DNA from: a virus
Virus record (IMG/VR): IMGVR_UViG_3300027782_000040
Direction: 5' to 3' (one strand)
Length of the DNA stretch: 64,000 nt
Shown: positions 58,135 through 64,000 of the stretch, piece by piece
Position numbering within the stretch: position 1 is the first letter of the stretch
Layout of the letters: each line of letters opens with the position of its first letter
Position numbers and translations under genes: made by a program
Notes under the pieces: model-generated
Seen by the model: only the letters and a program-made list of their open reading frames with translations
Told to the model about the DNA's origin: nothing
Databases searched by the model: none

Positions 58135-58884
58135 ATGGACGAAACAAGAATAGACCCAACAATCGCATACGATGTGGTGGAATTACCAACTAAAGGTATC
58201 CATTATAAAAACAAAAATAAATCAGTTAGAGTTGCATACCTAACCGCAAGTGACGAAAACATTCTATCATCACCAAGTTTAATTGGTTCTGGTTTAGTTG
58301 TTGATGAATTACTAAAAAGAAAAATATTAGACAAAACGTTATCTGTTGATGAAATTGTTGATGAAGATAGACAAGCAATTCTTATATTTTTAAGAAATAC
58401 TGCTTTTGGTTCAGAATATACAATTACGGTAACTGACCCAAAGACAAATGAACCATTTACGGTTGATGTTGATTTAAGTGAAATTAAAGTGAAAGATTTT
58501 AAGTTAGAAGAAGATTCTAATGGTGAATATAAGTACTTCATGGAGAAAAGTAAAAATGATATTACATTTACTTTTTTATCATTAAAACAAGAAAAAGAAA
58601 TTGATGAAATTAGAAAAAGTTGGAATGGTAATGGAGTTGCTCCGATTATCACCAAACAACTTGAAATGATGATTAAGTCAGTTAATGGAAATAAAGATTT
58701 AATGAATATTAGAAATTTGATTGAAACCTTACCAATTAAGGATTCACAAAGTTTTAGAAAATTCATTAACCAAGTTAAACCGGGGTTGGATCTAACCCAA
58801 AATGTTACAACCCCGTCCGGAGAGACAATCCAAGTTGAAATTGGATTCGGGGTAGAATTTTTTCGTCCTTTCTACGGATTATAA
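58135..58884 (+). CDS. tail assembly chaperone / baseplate hub assembly protein (gp26-like)
   Basis: VELPTKG-x-x-Y, LTASDENIL, DR-x-AIL-x-x-LR and FFRP; lies between tube and tape measure. Confidence 0.75.
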   Translation: MDETRIDPTIAYDVVELPTKGIHYKNKNKSVRVAYLTASDENILSSPSLIGSGLVVDELLKRKILDKTLSVDEIVDEDRQAILIFLRNTAFGSEYTITVTDPKTNEPFTVDVDLSEIKVKDFKLEEDSNGEYKYFMEKSKNDITFTFLSLKQEKEIDEIRKSWNGNGVAPIITKQLEMMIKSVNGNKDLMNIRNLIETLPIKDSQSFRKFINQVKPGLDLTQNVTTPSGETIQVEIGFGVEFFRPFYGL

Positions 58885-59017
58885 AAAAGGACAATTAGAC
58901 GAAATTTTATTTTTGGTTAAAAGAGGGTTCTCTTATGGGGACATCTTATCTATGCCAGTGTATATTAGAAGATACTATATTAATTATATGATAGAGAAAG
59001 AGACTGAAAATAGTTAA
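58862..59017 (+). CDS. probable frameshift extension of the tail chaperone (gp51/GT-like)
   Basis: +1 frame opens exactly at TTT TTT CGT; FVLSTDY...GFSYGDILSMPVYIRRYYI. Confidence 0.6.
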   Translation, partial: FVLSTDYKKGQLDEILFLVKRGFSYGDILSMPVYIRRYYINYMIEKETENS

Positions 59018-59034
59018 TCAGTCTATTTATATGT

Positions 59035-60960
59035 ATGGCAGATGTTTTAAAATATACAAAAGGAGCTAAAAGTGCAGAAGCGGCAGCAACGGCATTTAAA
59101 ATTGGTGAAGGACGTATGCCAGATACGAATGAAGCAATCCAAATAGGTAACGCTTTTAATCCATTAAAAGACTCAAATACTGCTCGTTGGTCTGAAAATG
59201 TTTCAAAAAATATAGGGGGTGATAACCTATCCACTTTTGTAAATACAAAAATGGGGTATGTAGGTAAAGCAATGGGATTAGCAAGTGACGCCGTTAAATT
59301 TTTAGCGGACGGAACCAACCAAATTTTTAAATCTCAAATGGGTATACCGGAAGAAAATCCTGCAATGAGTAAAGTTTTGGAGATGGTTAAGGGAGGAGGA
59401 CTTAACCCCTTAGAACTAATGTCAAGTTTTGTTAAAGGGGCATTTACCGAAATATTAGATCAGTTATCCCAAGAATCAGCATTACTTTCAAGTGTAAATA
59501 GAGAAACAGGTATAAGTGGTAAACTATCTGAAGCATTAAGAGATGACATGAAAGAAGCATCTATAGAAGGTGCAAGATTTGGTTTTAAATTAAAAGATAT
59601 TGGAGATTTTTATATAAAGTTAACGTCAGAATCTGGTAAATTTTCCTTAATAAATAAATCATTAACAGATGATACGATTAAAGTCGCGGGTGCATTAGGT
59701 AGAACATTACCTGAAATGGCTGTGAGTATTGGTGAATTTGAAAAAGTAGGTTTAGGTGCGGATAAAACAATTAAGACGTTAGGAGATTCGGCAACAAAAT
59801 TAACATCATTAGGTTTAAGTGCTAGAAAGGTAACAACTGATTTACAATCAAATTTAGGTAAACTTAATGAGTATGGATTTAAAAATGGTGTTCAGGGTCT
59901 TGAGACTATGGCGAAGAAGGCTAGTGAGTTTAGAATGGAAATGCAATCTACATTTACAATTGCAGATAAAGTATTTAATCCTGAAGGTGCAATAGATTTG
60001 GTTGCTAATTTACAAGTTTTAGGTGGTGCAATTGGTGATTTTAATGACCCACTTAAATTGATGTATGATGCAACAAACAACGTAGAAGGACTACAAGACG
60101 CATTAATAAAGGCATCAGGTTCGTTAGCAACATATAACCAACAACAAGGTAGATTTGAAGTTACCGGTATTAATTTAAGGAAGGCCAAGGAAATGGCAAG
60201 TGCATTAGGAATCACAATGGGTGAATTGAATAAGATTTCAATTGCAGCAGCTGAAAGGACTCAAGCAACTACAGCATTAATGGCAACTGGTTTAGTGATG
60301 AAAGACGAAGATAGAGAGTTTTTAACAAACTTATCTCGTATGGATGGTGGTGAAATGAAAATCACAGTACCAGCGTCCTTAATGAAAGAATTAGGATTAA
60401 AAGAACAATCGTTAGCATTAAAAGATTTGTTACCTAATCAACAAAAAATATTATTAGCTAATAAAGAAGCGTTTGAGAAAATGAACCCTAAAGATATGGC
60501 GATGGCTCAACTTACCGAAACACAACAAATGTCAAGAGGTATTGATGTGATTGCTTCATATTATAAAGTAAGGGGTGCTGAAATGGCTAGAGGGATTGCT
60601 AAAGGTACTGGAGGAAAAGAATTTGAAGAACTTAGAGCTACAATTGATAACTATTCTGCAAGTTTATCATCGGCCCAAAAATCAACAATAGAAAAAGATG
60701 CCGAAAAGTTCGGTGATAAAGCTAGAAATGTAATAAGCAAGGTGGTACACCCTATTGATACCATTAAAAATTATATGAATAGAGCAAGTCAATACCAATC
60801 AGAACCCCCTCCACCAAAAAATTCAGAAGTAACAGTAAAACATCAGTTAATTGGAATGCAGGAGATGACAGTGTTTAATAGAGAAATTATGAAAAACCCA
60901 TCCTCTTTTAATTTATTTGATTTTAAAAATCCAAAGGAATATGGAAACTCTAATGTTTAA
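59035..60960 (+). CDS. tape-measure-like protein
   Basis: 641 aa Ala/Gly/Leu-rich helical protein after the chaperone. Confidence 0.65.
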   Translation: MADVLKYTKGAKSAEAAATAFKIGEGRMPDTNEAIQIGNAFNPLKDSNTARWSENVSKNIGGDNLSTFVNTKMGYVGKAMGLASDAVKFLADGTNQIFKSQMGIPEENPAMSKVLEMVKGGGLNPLELMSSFVKGAFTEILDQLSQESALLSSVNRETGISGKLSEALRDDMKEASIEGARFGFKLKDIGDFYIKLTSESGKFSLINKSLTDDTIKVAGALGRTLPEMAVSIGEFEKVGLGADKTIKTLGDSATKLTSLGLSARKVTTDLQSNLGKLNEYGFKNGVQGLETMAKKASEFRMEMQSTFTIADKVFNPEGAIDLVANLQVLGGAIGDFNDPLKLMYDATNNVEGLQDALIKASGSLATYNQQQGRFEVTGINLRKAKEMASALGITMGELNKISIAAAERTQATTALMATGLVMKDEDREFLTNLSRMDGGEMKITVPASLMKELGLKEQSLALKDLLPNQQKILLANKEAFEKMNPKDMAMAQLTETQQMSRGIDVIASYYKVRGAEMARGIAKGTGGKEFEELRATIDNYSASLSSAQKSTIEKDAEKFGDKARNVISKVVHPIDTIKNYMNRASQYQSEPPPPKNSEVTVKHQLIGMQEMTVFNREIMKNPSSFNLFDFKNPKEYGNSNV

Positions 60961-60997
60961 CAAAATAGTATTAAACCTATTTATAATAAAATAAAAA

Positions 60998-63900
60998 ATG
61001 CCGAGTTATTTAGATTTTAATACAACAAAACAGTTTAGAAACCATATATTAGGTAAGACCTTACAAAAACCTAATGGACCTCAAACGTTTACAAATAGTT
61101 CATATGTTGAACAAAATCTAAGTGATATCCCTAATTTATTACAAGGTCAGGTAGACACTAATAGAATTAGTGATTTAACAATACCAAAGAACTCAAACAT
61201 ATATAAACCTGACGAATATTTTATTGGTGAAGTTATTAATACATTACCTCGTTCAGTTAATTTAAAGTTATACCCAAGTTTTGTTCAAACAGATTTAAGT
61301 TTATTCGGTATTATTAGTAATTCAAATTATGAAACTGAATCTGAATTAGTTAAGTTTTCAACTAGTTTAATTAAAAATGACCCACAAGGACCCGTTTATA
61401 GTAGAATAGCTCAAAATGTAGAAAAAAATACATTGGGTCGTGTAAGAATAATGGACGCCCTTAATGGTAATACAACTACTGCGGTTAACATATTAACAGG
61501 TAGAGAACCATTAATTGAATCAAACTACACAATCACGGTTGATAATACGTTAAGTATACCAGGTCAAGCGATTGATTTTCTAAAAACTGTTTCAGGTATA
61601 CAATTACCCTTTAGTCAAATACCAGGGGATTATTTAAGTAACCCAAGAAACCCGATAAACTATAGACCACAAGCGTCATCACAATTAGGTGCATTATTTC
61701 AAGACATAACAGGTGTATTAGGTTCATTAATAGGGATACAAAGACGACCATTGTTGTCAAGGAAACCATCCGACCTTTTGATTGAACATATGGGAAGTGG
61801 TCAAAAAAACAGGTTATATGACTTATTATCCTATTCAACATATGCACCAAATTATACCACAACCGCAAGATCACAAAACACATCTAAAATTTTTAATTTT
61901 ATTGATAAGGTTGCACAAGGGGTAAAAAACATTTTAGGTGTTGAGGCACCATCAGGTATCGCCTATATTGGAGACGATAGAGGTGAGGATGTAAAATATG
62001 CGATGAATGATTTTAATGATAGACCCGTAAGGAGTAACTATTATTTAACGTTAATGTTTGATAAAGTGTCAGCTGAATTATTTCACACAAATAAAAATAT
62101 TACAGAGGGAGGTTCAATCGGAGGTAAGTTAACTTGGATAAGTAATAAAGGATCCACCACAGATATAAATTTTCAAAACGTTAATGATGATTTATCTGTA
62201 AAATATGAGTTTAGACCTGATTCAATTTTAGGTAAAACACAAGAATTATTAAATTCAATGCCATCAGACGGAGGATCTCGTCGTTCACATGTTGCAAATG
62301 TTATTGACCAAACAAGTAAAGTATTTCAAGATGGGGATACAAGAATATCAAGAGGTTCCGCAGTTAAGTATACGGACAAATTTACAGGTGAAGAAAGTGG
62401 AGTTGAATATGCTAGAGTTTGGACGAAAGATAGACCATATATGACAAATTATGATACGATGCCGTTGGCAACAAATCAAAAAGATATTAACACAAAAAAA
62501 TACAAACAAACAGGAAGAAAATATAGAAGAGGTAATGTTAGAAGGTTTGAATCAAGTGTATTAAATGACACTTGGAATTTAAACATGGCACCAATGTCTA
62601 ATGGTAAAAAATCATTTGACGGATCAACAAATATTGTAGAGAAAAATGTAGGTTTAGGTGATTTTTATGCAAAGAAATATATGTTCTCAATTGAGAACTT
62701 AGCATGGAAAACATCTAACTTATCTGGATTCCAAGTAAGTGATTTACCTGCATGTGAAAAAGGAAATAATGGAGGTAGAGTTATGTGGTTTCCACCATAC
62801 GACTTAAAGATGAGCGAACAAAATAATGCAAATTGGGAAAAGAACTCATTTGTCGGAAGACCGGAACCAATTTATACATATCAAAATACTGAAAGAACTG
62901 GTCAAGTTTCATTTAAAGTTGTCGTTGACCATCCGAGTATTATGAATTTGTTAGTTAGAGAACATTTCAAAGGAATGTCAGATGAAGAATCCGATAACTA
63001 TATAAATGCATTTTTTGCTGGCGCACAAGACATTGATTTTTATTCATTAATACAAACATATACTACTTTAGATCAAAACGATAGAGATTTAATTCAACAA
63101 TACCTAAATGCTGGTGTTAAAAAAGAAACAATTGAAACAATTAAATATACTACCGAACAATTACCTAATGATGCTAATACTGATGTAAATAAAAATGAAC
63201 CTGTTAATTATGACACAAATAACATATTCTACTTTAAAAATGCTGAACCACCTGTAAATGGAAAAGTATTAACACAATCTCCCGATTATTATAGTAATTA
63301 TTATACACAATATATTGGAAGTCAATCGACATACATTACCAATTTAACATCCGCGATGAATAGTGCATTGTCTAATGCTGATAAAATTTTATTAATCGGT
63401 GACACAGGATCAACATCAAACCCAAGTGTTATCTCAGGACAAACTAATCAAATAATAACTGCATTTAGTGGGTTAACTACAAATTTTGAGGCATTAAATA
63501 AACAAATACTTGATTTAAAAACGGCATTATCTGGAAAAACAATTATTTCAGACACAAAAATAACAATATATACATCAACATCGGAAGCGGGAGATAACGA
63601 TAAGAATTTCTACTTAGGAATAAGAAGGGCGCATTCATTATTCCAACACATTTGGAATGAATTAGGAACATTCAAATATACGTGGTTTACCGAAAAGGAA
63701 TTAGCAACGTATGCCAAAAGTGGTTTACCTTTAAATACAAAAACAATCACTATAAAATATAAAGATATAGGATATGAATTAGATGGTAATATTATATTTG
63801 ATATAGGAACAATAGGTGAAAATAGTACATCACTAAATGGAACTAGTGTTGATTGTACAAAAGTATTTACTAATACCAATTTAAAAATATATTCCCCAAC

Positions 63901-64000
63901 GGCGTTTTACTGTAGACAGGGGTATGTTAAAATAAAATACGAAAAATCGTATGGTGAAAAAACACCACAAAAGATAAATAACCCAATTAGAAAACCGGTG
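60998..64000 (+). CDS. large baseplate/tube-initiator-like protein, 3'-truncated (not in the ORF track)
   Basis: Starts MPSYLDFN at ATG 60998 after TATTTATA and appears to run to the window end; includes GRVMWFPPYDL...W...GRPEPIYTY...R. Confidence 0.7.
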   Translation, partial: MPSYLDFNTTKQFRNHILGKTLQKPNGPQTFTNSSYVEQNLSDIPNLLQGQVDTNRISDLTIPKNSNIYKPDEYFIGEVINTLPRSVNLKLYPSFVQTDLSLFGIISNSNYETESELVKFSTSLIKNDPQGPVYSRIAQNVEKNTLGRVRIMDALNGNTTTAVNILTGREPLIESNYTITVDNTLSIPGQAIDFLKTVSGIQLPFSQIPGDYLSNPRNPINYRPQASSQLGALFQDITGVLGSLIGIQRRPLLSRKPSDLLIEHMGSGQKNRLYDLLSYSTYAPNYTTTARSQNTSKIFNFIDKVAQGVKNILGVEAPSGIAYIGDDRGEDVKYAMNDFNDRPVRSNYYLTLMFDKVSAELFHTNKNITEGGSIGGKLTWISNKGSTTDINFQNVNDDLSVKYEFRPDSILGKTQELLNSMPSDGGSRRSHVANVIDQTSKVFQDGDTRISRGSAVKYTDKFTGEESGVEYARVWTKDRPYMTNYDTMPLATNQKDINTKKYKQTGRKYRRGNVRRFESSVLNDTWNLNMAPMSNGKKSFDGSTNIVEKNVGLGDFYAKKYMFSIENLAWKTSNLSGFQVSDLPACEKGNNGGRVMWFPPYDLKMSEQNNANWEKNSFVGRPEPIYTYQNTERTGQVSFKVVVDHPSIMNLLVREHFKGMSDEESDNYINAFFAGAQDIDFYSLIQTYTTLDQNDRDLIQQYLNAGVKKETIETIKYTTEQLPNDANTDVNKNEPVNYDTNNIFYFKNAEPPVNGKVLTQSPDYYSNYYTQYIGSQSTYITNLTSAMNSALSNADKILLIGDTGSTSNPSVISGQTNQIITAFSGLTTNFEALNKQILDLKTALSGKTIISDTKITIYTSTSEAGDNDKNFYLGIRRAHSLFQHIWNELGTFKYTWFTEKELATYAKSGLPLNTKTITIKYKDIGYELDGNIIFDIGTIGENSTSLNGTSVDCTKVFTNTNLKIYSPTAFYCRQGYVKIKYEKSYGEKTPQKINNPIRKPV

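Noticed and set aside
1-64000. Stop-codon reassignment, introns or inteins
   Set aside because: Core genes translate at full expected length in the standard code with no recognisable insertions.

Overview
AT-rich segment of a large T4-like myophage genome, most likely infecting Bacteroidota. The host call rests on canonical TTTG-N19-21-TAnnTTTG promoters, a Bacteroidota-type bS21 and a lack of Shine-Dalgarno sites at the gene starts checked. From left to right: (i) an accessory block with an outer-membrane beta-barrel-like protein, an RNA repair trio (kinase, Rnl1-type ligase, cyclic-phosphate receiver-like protein), a lipoprotein, a candidate small RNA, ClpC/Hsp20 chaperones, two KTSC proteins and a nucleotidyltransferase; (ii) the head module (TerL, portal, antisense bS21, prohead protease, scaffold, major capsid protein); (iii) a minus-strand block with probable head-internal proteins, baseplate proteins, a sigma factor, three glycosyltransferases, PhoH and dUTPase; (iv) LamG/DUF1566-type fibre genes, family B DNA polymerase, SNF2 helicase, neck, sheath, tube, tail chaperone, tape-measure-like and baseplate genes. 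The most interesting signals are: a short helix motif shared by scaffold, protease and unrelated enzymes (a candidate capsid cargo-addressing system); a strong [ST]-G-x-T enrichment in virion proteins alongside phage glycosyltransferases (a candidate virion glycosylation sequon); a +1 (or -2) frameshift signature in the tail chaperone; and a TATTTAT(A) phage promoter that often implies leaderless mRNAs. All family assignments come from motif recognition by eye, not database searches. No tRNA, rRNA or CRISPR array was recognised.
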